A stretch of DNA of 58,610 bases from a virus (lineage: Duplodnaviria > Caudoviricetes): positions 1-58,610 of IMG/VR virus record IMGVR_UViG_3300031716_000009, one strand, 5' to 3'. The notes under the pieces are model-generated. The model saw only the letters and a program-made list of their open reading frames with translations. It was not told the DNA's origin and made no database searches. Position numbers and translations under genes: made by a program. Shown here piece by piece: positions 36,803-44,556 of the stretch; the first letter of the stretch is position 1; each line of letters starts with the position of its first letter.

Positions 36803-37429
36803 TCAGTCCAGGTCGTCGGCCTCGATGCCTTCGGCGACTTCCTCGAAGCCGTCGGCCGACGGCGCCGCGCCGCCGCCGAACGCATCGCCGGCGCGCGAGC
36901 GCTGGATCACCTGCAGGGTGGCGCGCACGCCCTTGCCGTTCTTGTTGTCCTGCGCCCAGATCTCGACCTTGGCGTTGACGTAGCAGCCGCCGTAGATGCG
37001 GCCGCCCTTGCCCGGCATGAGCTCGTTGTCGGCCGCGTAGACCGGCGACTTGTCGTTGTCCATGACGATCGGGCGGCCCTTGTCGGCGTAGCGGTAGGCC
37101 GTCAGCGCCATGTTGCCTTCGTACCCGTCGTAGGGCTTCTTGTCGCCGTTGACCCAGCAGGTGGCCTTCTTGTCGGCCAGGATCTCGTCGATCAGGTCAT
37201 CGAGCACCTGCTGTGCCGACTTCTTGGCGGTGGCCTTGCACTTCGAAGCGAACTTCTCGGTAAGCACCGCGCGGATCAGCTTGTCGACGGCCTTGTGCTG
37301 CTCGGAGTCCTGCGGCACGAGCAGCGTGGCGCCCCAGCGCGGCGCCGCGTCGGGGTTGTCCTGGTAGCGCTTGGGCTCACCCAGGTCGGGAAAGGACAGT
37401 CGCACGTCCTTGAGGATGATTTCAGCCAT
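36803..37429 (-). CDS. ssb: Single-stranded DNA-binding protein (DUF2815-like)
   Basis: VRLSFP.L, IYGGCYVNA...W.Q.N..GKG, GDAFGGG, acidic tail ADDLD. Confidence 0.88.
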   Translation of the reverse strand: MAEIILKDVRLSFPDLGEPKRYQDNPDAAPRWGATLLVPQDSEQHKAVDKLIRAVLTEKFASKCKATAKKSAQQVLDDLIDEILADKKATCWVNGDKKPYDGYEGNMALTAYRYADKGRPIVMDNDKSPVYAADNELMPGKGGRIYGGCYVNAKVEIWAQDNKNGKGVRATLQVIQRSRAGDAFGGGAAPSADGFEEVAEGIEADDLD

Positions 37430-37501
37430 GGTTTGGTGGTTCTCAGGTTAGGTGGTTGGAAGGTTGTCAGGCTGCGCGAGGGCCCGGGTAGCGCGGGGAA
37501 A

Positions 37502-37876
37502 TCAGATGTTGGAGAACAGGTCCGCAGCGACGCGATCATCGGCCAGTCGCGTGCGCAGCTCGTAGCCCATGAGCGGCCAGATCTTGGCCACGGCGGCCTG
37601 GCGCGCGATGCGCCTGCCGATCTCGGCGTCGAAGTTTTCGGGCGCGGCGCACGCGGACTCGCCGGTGACGGTGAAGCCGTTGCGCAGCACGAGGACGCAG
37701 AAGGTGAGCAGCTTCAGCGCCTGCGGCATTTTGGCGTCGGTCATCTCCGGATCGGCCATATCGACGCCCTGCGCCGCAGTGAAGTAGTGCTCGCTGATGA
37801 TGTTGGCCTCGATGTCGGCCGGCGTGATGCGCGGGCCGCGGTTCGGGATCTCGGCGTCGGTGACGGGTTGGTTCAT
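37502..37876 (-). CDS. Phage Gp49-family protein (N4 gp49 / Sf6 gp66 type)
   Basis: TFCVLVLRNGFTVTGESAC..PENFDAEIG..IAR......IWPLMGY. Confidence 0.8.
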   Translation of the reverse strand: MNQPVTDAEIPNRGPRITPADIEANIISEHYFTAAQGVDMADPEMTDAKMPQALKLLTFCVLVLRNGFTVTGESACAAPENFDAEIGRRIARQAAVAKIWPLMGYELRTRLADDRVAADLFSNI

Positions 37877-37889
37877 GGTTCTCTCCTGG

Positions 37890-38714
37890 TCAGTCGAGCG
37901 AATCGTCGCCCGGGGTTGCGGTGAATCCTTCGTCTGAGAGCAGCGGCGGCACCCAGCGCGTCTTGATCTGCGACTCGGGCATCACACTCGGCTTGGGGTC
38001 GTCGCGCACGACGCGCTCGCTCAGCTTGGCCCACTGCACGGGGCCGATGACCGGGTCCTTGCCCTTGGTGAGCTTCTCGATCTGGGTGGGCGAACGCAGC
38101 TTGAACGAGTAGACGTCCTCGATCTTGAGCCGCATCGTCTTGCGCAGGTAGTGCTCGATGGCCTCCTCGTCCGTCCACTTGCGGTTGCCCTGGCGGCCCA
38201 GCCCCAGGCCGTAGCCGGGGATCTCGCGGCCGGCCATGAGGTTGCGCTCGGTCTCGGCTCGCACGGCCTTGCACCAGGCTTCCATGAGCGGCACGATCTT
38301 CATGGCCGTGGCCAGCTTGACCGGCGGCAGCAGGGCTGGGTCGGGCGCCATCTCGTCGTCGGCCACGACATCGAAGTCGCACTCCGAAGCCTTTTGCAGG
38401 TTGCCCTGCACGCTCGGGCACGTGGGCATCGCGCGGCAGAACGCGCACTCCTCGTCGTTGGGCTTGGGATTCAGGTACTTCTGCGACCAGATCGCCAGCG
38501 GGATCGTGTTGTAGGCCTTCTCGGCGTCGACCGTGCGGCCAGCGTTGATCTCCAGCAGCTCGGCGAAGTCGCGCAGGTCATCGAGCGAGCACGTCCACTC
38601 GGTCGTGCCCGCGACCTTGGGCTGGTGGATCACGAGGCGGATCTGCGTGAGGCCCTGATCCCGGGCCCACGCGAACACGCGCTCGCGGTATTCAGCCGGC
38701 GAGATCGTCGTCAT
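37890..38714 (-). CDS. C-terminal half of split Cas4-like DUF2800 exonuclease
   Basis: IRLVIHQPK, CAFCRAMPTCP, PGY.L..GR..NRKW, L.SPTQ.EKL; own SD AAAGGA. Confidence 0.8.
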   Translation of the reverse strand: MTTISPAEYRERVFAWARDQGLTQIRLVIHQPKVAGTTEWTCSLDDLRDFAELLEINAGRTVDAEKAYNTIPLAIWSQKYLNPKPNDEECAFCRAMPTCPSVQGNLQKASECDFDVVADDEMAPDPALLPPVKLATAMKIVPLMEAWCKAVRAETERNLMAGREIPGYGLGLGRQGNRKWTDEEAIEHYLRKTMRLKIEDVYSFKLRSPTQIEKLTKGKDPVIGPVQWAKLSERVVRDDPKPSVMPESQIKTRWVPPLLSDEGFTATPGDDSLD

Positions 38715-38922
38715 CGTCGGTTCCTTTCTGTAGTAGGGCGTTGGGGATGGTCTGGACTTCCTTGATCGCATCGTGGTTGAGCGATCGGGCGATGTCCTGG
38801 CGGCCCAGCATGACCAGGTTATCGCACGCGCGCCTGACGATGGCCTGGTAGACAGCAATCGCGCGGCGCGAGACGTTCAGCTGCGCCTGCAGGTCGGCGA
38901 TGCGGTCAGCCGGCGAGGTCAT
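38692..38922 (-). CDS. 76-aa ORF between the DUF2800 halves, ending DDDDDLAG
   Basis: SD GGGAGG plus ATG within the tail of the upstream gene. Confidence 0.65.
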   Translation of the reverse strand: MTSPADRIADLQAQLNVSRRAIAVYQAIVRRACDNLVMLGRQDIARSLNHDAIKEVQTIPNALLQKGTDDDDDLAG

Positions 38923-39526
38923 CGTCGTCCTCCCAGCTCGCTGCGTCCAGCACCTCTCCGCACTCACGCAGCGCCTTGATCGTCTGCGCCTTGACCGTCT
39001 GCGCGCGCTCGTACATGTCGCCCAGCGCCCCGAGCGCGTAGGTCAGGGCCTGCGAGTTGCGCTCGACGGAGACCGGCTTGTGGCCGGTCTTGAGGTCGCC
39101 CACGATCAGCTCGCCCTGCTCGCGCGCCACGATGATGAAGTCGGCCGTGCCGAACTGGTCGGGCAAGTCGACGAACTTGGAGAACTCGACGCGTTGCTCG
39201 ACGTGCAGCTCGCGACCGGCGGCCACGTGGCGCACCATGTCGACGTACTCCTGCACCAGATCGGCCATGTCCTCGGTGATCTGCACCTTGCGCACCGGCT
39301 CGTCGCCGTGGCTGACCACGACCCACTCGCCGATGAAGTCGGCCGCGGCCTTGTCGCCGGTGAGCACGCGCGCGGCGATGTCATGCATCGCGGTGCCGTC
39401 GTCGCTGTACTCGTTGGACTTGTTCGGGAACGGCGCTTCGAGGGTCAGCGAGCCGGGGCACGCGAACCAGCGCTTGGAACCGCTGGGGGACAGCCGCGCG
39501 TGCGCGGCGGGGGTTTTTTCAGTCAT
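38906..39526 (-). CDS. N-terminal half of split Cas4-like DUF2800 exonuclease
   Basis: HARLSPS...RW..CPGS, GT..H, VEQRV, GTAD, DLKTG, N.Q...YALGA; ends EDDDDLAG. Confidence 0.85.
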   Translation of the reverse strand: MTEKTPAAHARLSPSGSKRWFACPGSLTLEAPFPNKSNEYSDDGTAMHDIAARVLTGDKAAADFIGEWVVVSHGDEPVRKVQITEDMADLVQEYVDMVRHVAAGRELHVEQRVEFSKFVDLPDQFGTADFIIVAREQGELIVGDLKTGHKPVSVERNSQALTYALGALGDMYERAQTVKAQTIKALRECGEVLDAASWEDDDDLAG

Positions 39527-39710
39527 TCGGGTTCTCCTCGTCTTCATCGATGGCGCGGCACAGGCGCCGAAGCGCTTCGGCCAGCGACATGCAGTTGATC
39601 TGGTCTTCGATGAACTCGTCACCGCGCCTCGACTCCTTCGCGCGCTCGTAGTAGCAGTGCTTGTCGAACTCGGCCTCGATCCGCGCCACGAAACGTTGGT
39701 AGGTGTTCAT
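39519..39710 (-). CDS. Hypothetical protein (63 aa)
   Basis: SD GGAGG; acidic C-terminus. Confidence 0.55.
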   Translation of the reverse strand: MNTYQRFVARIEAEFDKHCYYERAKESRRGDEFIEDQINCMSLAEALRRLCRAIDEDEENPND

Positions 39711-39871
39711 GGGGTTAGCCCTCCGCACTCAGGATGTCGCGTAACCGGCCGCAGGCGGCCAGAAACTTGATCAGATGGAACGTCTCGGTCTGCGTGAACA
39801 CGATCGGCTCGTGCCGTGATCTTGGCCGCGCCGGTGCCGATGGCCGGCTGGTAGTTCTCAGTTCGGGTCAC
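39707..39871 (-). CDS. Hypothetical 54-aa protein (not in ORF track)
   Basis: GTGA and ATGA overlaps fill the gap exactly. Confidence 0.4.
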   Translation of the reverse strand: MTRTENYQPAIGTGAAKITARADRVHADRDVPSDQVSGRLRPVTRHPECGGLTP

Positions 39872-40383
39872 GCCGCGACCTTGTCCTTGGGCCAGCCAGC
39901 CTTGATGAAGTCGGCGACCACGTTGGCCACGACCGGCAGGGTGCGGATCGCGGCGGCCTCGTCGGGCGGCAGGTACTTGACGAACTCAGGCAGCGCATCG
40001 GCGAGTGCCTTGCGCGTGGTGACGCTGTAGGCCACGCTACGCAACTTGGTTTCGAGCGTCTTGCGCTGCTCGGCCTGCGACGCCTCGACAGCGCACAGAT
40101 CCTTGAGCGCGCCATCAGCCTTGACCGCCTCCTTGTGCGTCTCGCGGGCGTCGTATGCTTCGGGCGTGGGAATCATCACGCTGCGCGAGCCGACGAAGAC
40201 GCTGCTCGTGTTCAGCCACCGACGCTGCTCGGGGTCGGCCCACAGTTTGCGGACGGCCGGGGGCGCCAGAGCCAAGGCTATCTTGAGCGTGAGTGCGCGG
40301 ATGCGCTCGTCGTAGTCGATCTGCGGGACGTCGTTCATCACGCGACGGATGAACGCGTCGCGCATGTAGTTGGTCAGCTTCAT
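39868..40383 (-). CDS. Nmad5-like (nucleotide-modification-associated domain 5) protein
   Basis: MKLT...RDAF...VM.DVP..DY, TT.K.L...LPEF.KYLP, AGWPK; recognised from memory. Confidence 0.6.
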   Translation of the reverse strand: MKLTNYMRDAFIRRVMNDVPQIDYDERIRALTLKIALALAPPAVRKLWADPEQRRWLNTSSVFVGSRSVMIPTPEAYDARETHKEAVKADGALKDLCAVEASQAEQRKTLETKLRSVAYSVTTRKALADALPEFVKYLPPDEAAAIRTLPVVANVVADFIKAGWPKDKVAA

Positions 40384-40425
40384 GATTCGTTTTCTCCTGT
40401 AGCGGGGCTCGCGCCCCGCGGTTGG

Positions 40426-40956
40426 TCAGTCCAGCGCCGTGTCGTCGCCGATGATCTTGCCCAGCAGCGCGGCCAGGTCGGCGTAGTTCTCGGGCGGCAC
40501 CGACGAGCCCTTGGTCTTGCCCTCGTCGTTGACGCCGCCGGCGCCGCGGATGGCCGCGATGGTGGCGTCCTTGTCCTTGAGCTGCGCCTTGGCGATCAGC
40601 TCGGACAGGCCCGACTCGGCGTAGGTGGGCAGCGTAGTCGTGCTGCTGGCGACGATCGCGTCGGCCGTGGCCTGCGTGGGCGTCTTGGTCTCGGCCTTGG
40701 GTTCCTTGGTCTCGGGCTTGGGTTCCTTGGTCTCGGGCTTGGGTTCCTTGGGCGGCTTGGGATCCTTGACCGGCTTGCCCGTGGCGCCGGCCGCCGTGCC
40801 CTGGGCCACGCTGTCGCGCGCGGCCTGCTGGGCTTCCGGTGACAGCGTGGTGGCGATGCCGGGCGCCGTCGCACCGCTGCGCGCCGGCTCGGTGACGCAG
40901 GCAAAGAACTGCGCCGCCTCGGCGATGCTCGTGAAATTGATCTTGACTTCGATCAT
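40426..40956 (-). CDS. Hypothetical protein with KEPKPET tandem repeats
   Basis: Three 21-bp repeats near 40686-40750; typical gene upstream of DUF2800; ends DDTALD. Confidence 0.7.
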   Translation of the reverse strand: MIEVKINFTSIAEAAQFFACVTEPARSGATAPGIATTLSPEAQQAARDSVAQGTAAGATGKPVKDPKPPKEPKPETKEPKPETKEPKAETKTPTQATADAIVASSTTTLPTYAESGLSELIAKAQLKDKDATIAAIRGAGGVNDEGKTKGSSVPPENYADLAALLGKIIGDDTALD

Positions 40957-40982
40957 GGGGTCTCTTTCGTGGTTGGGGGAAA

Positions 40983-41042
40983 TGGTGGGGGAGGGCGGCT
41001 CTCACCTGTTCGCCGCCTGTTTCGTCCGGACGCGGCTCCCCC
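40983..41042 (-). ncRNA. 60-nt mini tRNA-like element ending in ACCA
   Basis: GGGGGAG/CTCCCCC-ACCA; hairpin CGT-CCGG-ACG; 6-bp GGCGGC/GCCGCC arm stacked on the acceptor-like stem. Confidence 0.55.
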
Positions 41043-41051
41043 GTTGAGGGG

Positions 41052-41237
41052 TCAGTCGTTGAGGATCTTGTTGATCCGGTTGCAGAAATCAGTCTCGACT
41101 CGGGTGAGCATCTCACGATGCCGCGCCTTGTCGATCTCGCCCCACGCCAAGCGCTGCGACAGCTTCTTTTTCTTGACGTGGATCGTCTTGGCGGCGTAGG
41201 CGATCTGGCGCGCCTGTTCGATCGTGACGACGGTCAC
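41052..41237 (-). CDS. Hypothetical protein (61 aa)
   Basis: GTGA overlap. Confidence 0.55.
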   Translation of the reverse strand: MTVVTIEQARQIAYAAKTIHVKKKKLSQRLAWGEIDKARHREMLTRVETDFCNRINKILND

Positions 41238-41593
41238 GATTGCCTCAGCTCGAAGTCAAGCCGTTGGATCTTGGCGATGCACACGCGCCGCTGCTCGTAC
41301 AGATGCTCGAGGAAATCTTGATGGGCGGCGTGCAGCATGAAGTCATGGTCGAACAGCGCTTCTTCGATCTGCTCGCGCGTCTCGAAGATCGTGCGATCGA
41401 TCATCGACAGATGGCGGCGGTGGCCCCACAGTTTGATGCGCCTGAAGCCGCGTGTCACGTTCAGGTGGTTGTAGGCGAACATGCCCAGGACGACCAGCAG
41501 CGCCAAGCCGATCCAGGGGTTGCCTATGGCAAAGCACGCCACGATCAGGATCAGCGCGAAGGCGATGAGCGAAGCGAAAGCGGTGGTCTCCAT
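41234..41593 (-). CDS. Membrane protein, first gene of the leftward operon
   Basis: SD GAGGAGG; two TM segments. Confidence 0.7.
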   Translation of the reverse strand: METTAFASLIAFALILIVACFAIGNPWIGLALLVVLGMFAYNHLNVTRGFRRIKLWGHRRHLSMIDRTIFETREQIEEALFDHDFMLHAAHQDFLEHLYEQRRVCIAKIQRLDFELRQS

Positions 41594-41632
41594 GATGTCC
41601 TCCTCAAAGGATTTCGTTGCGGTGTGGGGATG

Positions 41633-41663
41633 AATGTACCACCTGGTACCGCGACCGTGTCAA
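41633..41663 (-). promoter_or_regulatory. Leftward promoter TTGACA-19-TACATT (extended -10) overlapped by operator GTACCA-CC-TGGTAC
   Basis: Read directly; upstream A/T tract. Confidence 0.7.
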
Positions 41664-41678
41664 GCACTTTTTTACGTG

Positions 41679-41713
41679 AAAAATTGCGGGATCAGCGTTT
41701 CCACTGATCCCGC
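41679..41713 (-). terminator. Intrinsic terminator
   Basis: GCGGGATCAGTG-GAAA-CGCTGATCCCGC followed by AATTTTT on the minus strand. Confidence 0.7.
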
Positions 41714-41778
41714 GAGAAGCCCTACTCGCGTGCTCGTTGGGTCAGCGCCTCATGCCTGGCGCCTGGCGAGCAGGGGAG
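41679..41778 (-). ncRNA. Candidate ~100-nt small RNA or attenuator leader
   Basis: Own promoter TTGATA-17-TAGGAT, several stems, terminator at the 3' end, only a 3-codon ORF; 5' end estimated. Confidence 0.55.
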
Positions 41779-41783
41779 CCTCG

Positions 41784-41822
41784 ATCCTACGCCTTGCGGT
41801 GTTAGTTATCAAGTGGTACATT
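41784..41822. promoter_or_regulatory. Overlapping divergent promoters: leftward TTGATA-17-TAGGAT, rightward TTGCGG-17-TACATT, with degenerate operator TTATCA-AG-TGGTAC
   Basis: Read directly; rightward -10 lies 8 nt before ATG 41831 (leaderless). Confidence 0.65.
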
Positions 41823-41830
41823 GCGGCCTC

Positions 41831-42058
41831 ATGAAACATCTTGCCGACCTCACACCCGACCAACTGCGCGCCGTCGCCGTCAAGATCCCCACGTCCGTGC
41901 GCTACCTGCAGCACATCGTCGCGGGCCGGCGCACGCCGTCCGTGGACATGGCCGTGGCCATCGAGAACGCGACTCGCGGGGCCGTGCCTCGCGAGTCGTT
42001 CGCCTCGCTGCCGTGCGCGCGGTGCAAGTACCTCAAGTCCTGCAAAGGAGGAAAGTAG
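41831..42058 (+). CDS. Cro-like HTH regulator
   Basis: TSVRYLQHI..GRR.PS..MA..IE..T.GAV.R, C-terminal CxxC. Confidence 0.8.
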   Translation: MKHLADLTPDQLRAVAVKIPTSVRYLQHIVAGRRTPSVDMAVAIENATRGAVPRESFASLPCARCKYLKSCKGGK

Positions 42059-42059
42059 C

Positions 42060-42257
42060 ATGCCGCAATTCAAGGTGCACGCCGAGAACCAAGTCTATCG
42101 AGGCGGCGTCTTCAAGGCGAAATGCCTCACCGGTCAGGATGCGCGTCGCTTGGTCTACCTGCTCAATCAGGGCCTGCAGGTCGAGGCCGAGATCAAGGCG
42201 AAACGCAAGGCGCGCAAAGCGCATCTGGCTCAACCCCGGCTGTATGCCGACGACTAG
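42060..42257 (+). CDS. Hypothetical basic protein (65 aa)
   Basis: SD AGGAGG. Confidence 0.6.
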   Translation: MPQFKVHAENQVYRGGVFKAKCLTGQDARRLVYLLNQGLQVEAEIKAKRKARKAHLAQPRLYADD

Positions 42258-42269
42258 AAGGAGGAAACC

Positions 42270-42437
42270 GTGATCATCGATTTCTCATGGCTGCGTCGCA
42301 GCCTGCGGCGCCCGCGCCGCTTCCCCGAGCCGTGCGAAGACGCTTACCGGGCCGGCTGGTCCTGGGGCGTGATCTGCGGCTTGTGCCCCGGGCTGCTCGG
42401 GGTGATGATCGTCGTGCTGTGGAGGGTCGGATCGTGA
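42270..42437 (+). CDS. Small membrane protein (55 aa, not in ORF track)
   Basis: SD AAGGAGG + GTG; C-terminal TM; GTGA overlap. Confidence 0.55.
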   Translation: MIIDFSWLRRSLRRPRRFPEPCEDAYRAGWSWGVICGLCPGLLGVMIVVLWRVGS

Positions 42438-42985
42438 GCGACAACATCGAACTGCCGCCGCTGCCTGCCACCCATCTTCGCTTCGAGGTCTCTGTCACGC
42501 CGCGAGGAGAGCGGTTGGACTACACCGCGGAGGATATGAAGGCCTACGCCCGCGCCGCCATCCTCGCCGACCGCGCCCGCCAGGCTCCTGCCCCGGTCGA
42601 AGTGTCGAGGCTGAAAGACGAGCTGCAACAGAAGATCGAAAAGTACGTTGACGATTGCATCGCCGATGCGGCAACACACCGACCCTACACCGGCAACGCG
42701 TGGGCAGAATGCACCGCCACCATCGACCGCCTCGCTGCTGCGGCATCCACCCCGGTGGGTGAAGTGCCGGCCGGGCACGACCTCGACATCGCGGCGCAAG
42801 GCGTGCAATCGCTGCTGGACTCACTGATGCCCAGCTTCGAGTACGTCGGCGTCTCGCTGCGTGTCAGCGCCGAAGATCACGCCGCGATCCGGTCTGCGAT
42901 GGCTGGCGCGCGCACGTCGCTCCAATTGATCCGCAACGCCATCGCCGCTTCTGCCCGCGCTCAGTCTTCATCTAAGGGCTCTTGA
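42434..42985 (+). CDS. Hypothetical protein
   Basis: ELPPLP...YTAEDM.AYARAA motif common in phage accessory genes. Confidence 0.6.
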   Translation: MSDNIELPPLPATHLRFEVSVTPRGERLDYTAEDMKAYARAAILADRARQAPAPVEVSRLKDELQQKIEKYVDDCIADAATHRPYTGNAWAECTATIDRLAAAASTPVGEVPAGHDLDIAAQGVQSLLDSLMPSFEYVGVSLRVSAEDHAAIRSAMAGARTSLQLIRNAIAASARAQSSSKGS

Positions 42986-43419
42986 AAATGCCCCGCGGTG
43001 ACAACTTCCGCCAGCACTCCTCGGTCTATGCCAAGCTGGTGGCCAACGTGACCGAGGACGGCGACTGCTGGCTGGGCACCGAGCGCGAGCGCGCGAGCTA
43101 CGGCTACGTGCGCACGTCCCTGCGCATCGGGCACCGCCAGGTCAAGGTCATGGCCCACATCCTCATGTACTGCATCGTGCAGCTGCGCAAGGAGCTGGAG
43201 CTGCACGAGCCCACGAACGTGGAGCTCTACGCCGCGTACCTGGAGTTCCGAGAGTCGGGGCTGGAGATCGACCACAAGTGCAACAACCCGGCCTGTCGTT
43301 TTCCCGATCACCTGCAACCGGTCACTCGGTTGGAGAATGAGAAGCTCAAGCACGAGCGGCGACTTGCGCTGCCCGTGCCTGAGAACATCGAACACGATCC
43401 TGCTGAACTCATGTTCTGA
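42982..43419 (+). CDS. HNH endonuclease
   Basis: DCWL, YG, AH..MY, IDHKCNNPAC..PDHL..VT..EN. Confidence 0.8.
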   Translation: MKMPRGDNFRQHSSVYAKLVANVTEDGDCWLGTERERASYGYVRTSLRIGHRQVKVMAHILMYCIVQLRKELELHEPTNVELYAAYLEFRESGLEIDHKCNNPACRFPDHLQPVTRLENEKLKHERRLALPVPENIEHDPAELMF

Positions 43420-43423
43420 CGCC

Positions 43424-43861
43424 ATGAAGACCTGTTTCCGCTGTCACCTTGCGAAGCCTCGGAGCGAGTTCTACGCGCACCCGAAGATGGCCGACGGTCT
43501 GTTCGGGAAGTGCAAGACGTGCACGCGCTCAGATAACGCGGCTCGCTACGCCGCACTCACGCCGGAAGAACGTCACGCCGAACAGGAAACCACGAAAAAC
43601 CGACCGGGCTATCGTGAGTATCGCAAGCAGCAACTGCGCAGTTGGCGCGCTCAGAACGCACGCAAGGTTAAGTGCCACCGTGCGGTGGAACGCGCTGTCA
43701 GGGCCGGGAAGCTGGTCGTGCAACCGTGCGCCGTCTGTGGCTGCATCACTTCCGTGGCGCATCACGAGTCTTACGACGCGCCGCTGGTTGTCGTCTGGTA
43801 CTGCCAACTGCATCACGTCGCGCGCCACAAAGAAATGGCAATGGAGGACCGCAAGCCGTGA
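43424..43861 (+). CDS. Zn-finger / HNH-like endonuclease
   Basis: KTCFRC...KP.SEFY, CKTC, PCAVCG, HH.SY, W.C..HH..RH. Confidence 0.7.
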   Translation: MKTCFRCHLAKPRSEFYAHPKMADGLFGKCKTCTRSDNAARYAALTPEERHAEQETTKNRPGYREYRKQQLRSWRAQNARKVKCHRAVERAVRAGKLVVQPCAVCGCITSVAHHESYDAPLVVVWYCQLHHVARHKEMAMEDRKP

Positions 43862-44175
43862 GCCAACGCGAGCTGACGTCTTTCATCTACCATCGGGACC
43901 ATCGGCGCTGCCGGTACTGCGAGCGCGTGCTGCGCCGCAACGAGGCGACGGTCGACCACTACCTCGCGCGCACGCACGGCGGGGGCGACGAGGGCGAGAA
44001 CCTGCGCCTGTCGTGCCTGCCTTGCAACCACGAGAAGGCCGACATGCTGCCCGAGGACTGGGAGGCGGTGCTCACCCATCGCCGCGCCGTGGCCGCGCGG
44101 CGTGAGCAGCGCCGGCCGCTTTCGAAACTTGAACTGTTGGCGCGCTGCGCGCCGTTTTGGAGGGAACGCACATGA
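43858..44175 (+). CDS. HNH endonuclease
   Basis: RD..RC.YC, TVDH......GG....NL..SC..CN..K. Confidence 0.8.
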   Translation: MSQRELTSFIYHRDHRRCRYCERVLRRNEATVDHYLARTHGGGDEGENLRLSCLPCNHEKADMLPEDWEAVLTHRRAVAARREQRRPLSKLELLARCAPFWRERT

Positions 44176-44489
44176 GGTGTCAACCGAACGACCTGGCGAT
44201 TGTCATTGGCGCGCCCTCGGACGTGTCTCCGCCGTCCCTTGCGCAAGCGCTGCGTGAGCACACGCTAGGCGCCACGGTGCGCGTCTTGCACGTGGCGCGC
44301 CACGGGGTGAGGGGTCCGATCTGGCAGATCGAGCGCGAGATCGGGGTGCCTTTCGGTATCGGCGTCGTCACGGTCTGGGGAATCGCCGATTGCGATCTGC
44401 AACCGATCCGCGGCACGCACGCGCCGACCAGTGTTCAGCAACCCGAGGATCTCACCGCCGATCACCTCCAGGAGGGCCGCAGTGCCTGA
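44172..44489 (+). CDS. Hypothetical protein
   Basis: MRCQP.DLAIV...D..LQPIR; ATGA overlap. Confidence 0.6.
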   Translation: MRCQPNDLAIVIGAPSDVSPPSLAQALREHTLGATVRVLHVARHGVRGPIWQIEREIGVPFGIGVVTVWGIADCDLQPIRGTHAPTSVQQPEDLTADHLQEGRSA

Positions 44490-44556
44490 CTCCACCCACA
44501 TCGCCGCGGCGCTGGCGCCGCTCATCGAGCGCGTGCGCACGGACGTGACGGCCTGA
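44482..44556 (+). pseudogene. 24-codon remnant resembling the primase N-terminus
   Basis: MPDSTHIAAALAPLIERVRTDVTA* versus primase MTDFSNPLIAALAPLVARVRHDIS; SD GGAGG. Confidence 0.7.

Noticed and set aside
37890-39526. Cas4-like gene as evidence of a CRISPR system
   Set aside because: DUF2800 with DUF2815 and PolA is a standard phage replication module; no array seen
41015-41035. Hammerhead ribozyme (GTCC-GGAC-GAAAC on minus strand)
   Set aside because: The CUGAnGA core is missing upstream
41696-41730. Solitary CRISPR-repeat mimic (hairpin then GTGGAAAC on minus strand)
   Set aside because: GAAAC is explained by the terminator tetraloop and the spacing does not fit repeats I know; a repeat-database search would settle it
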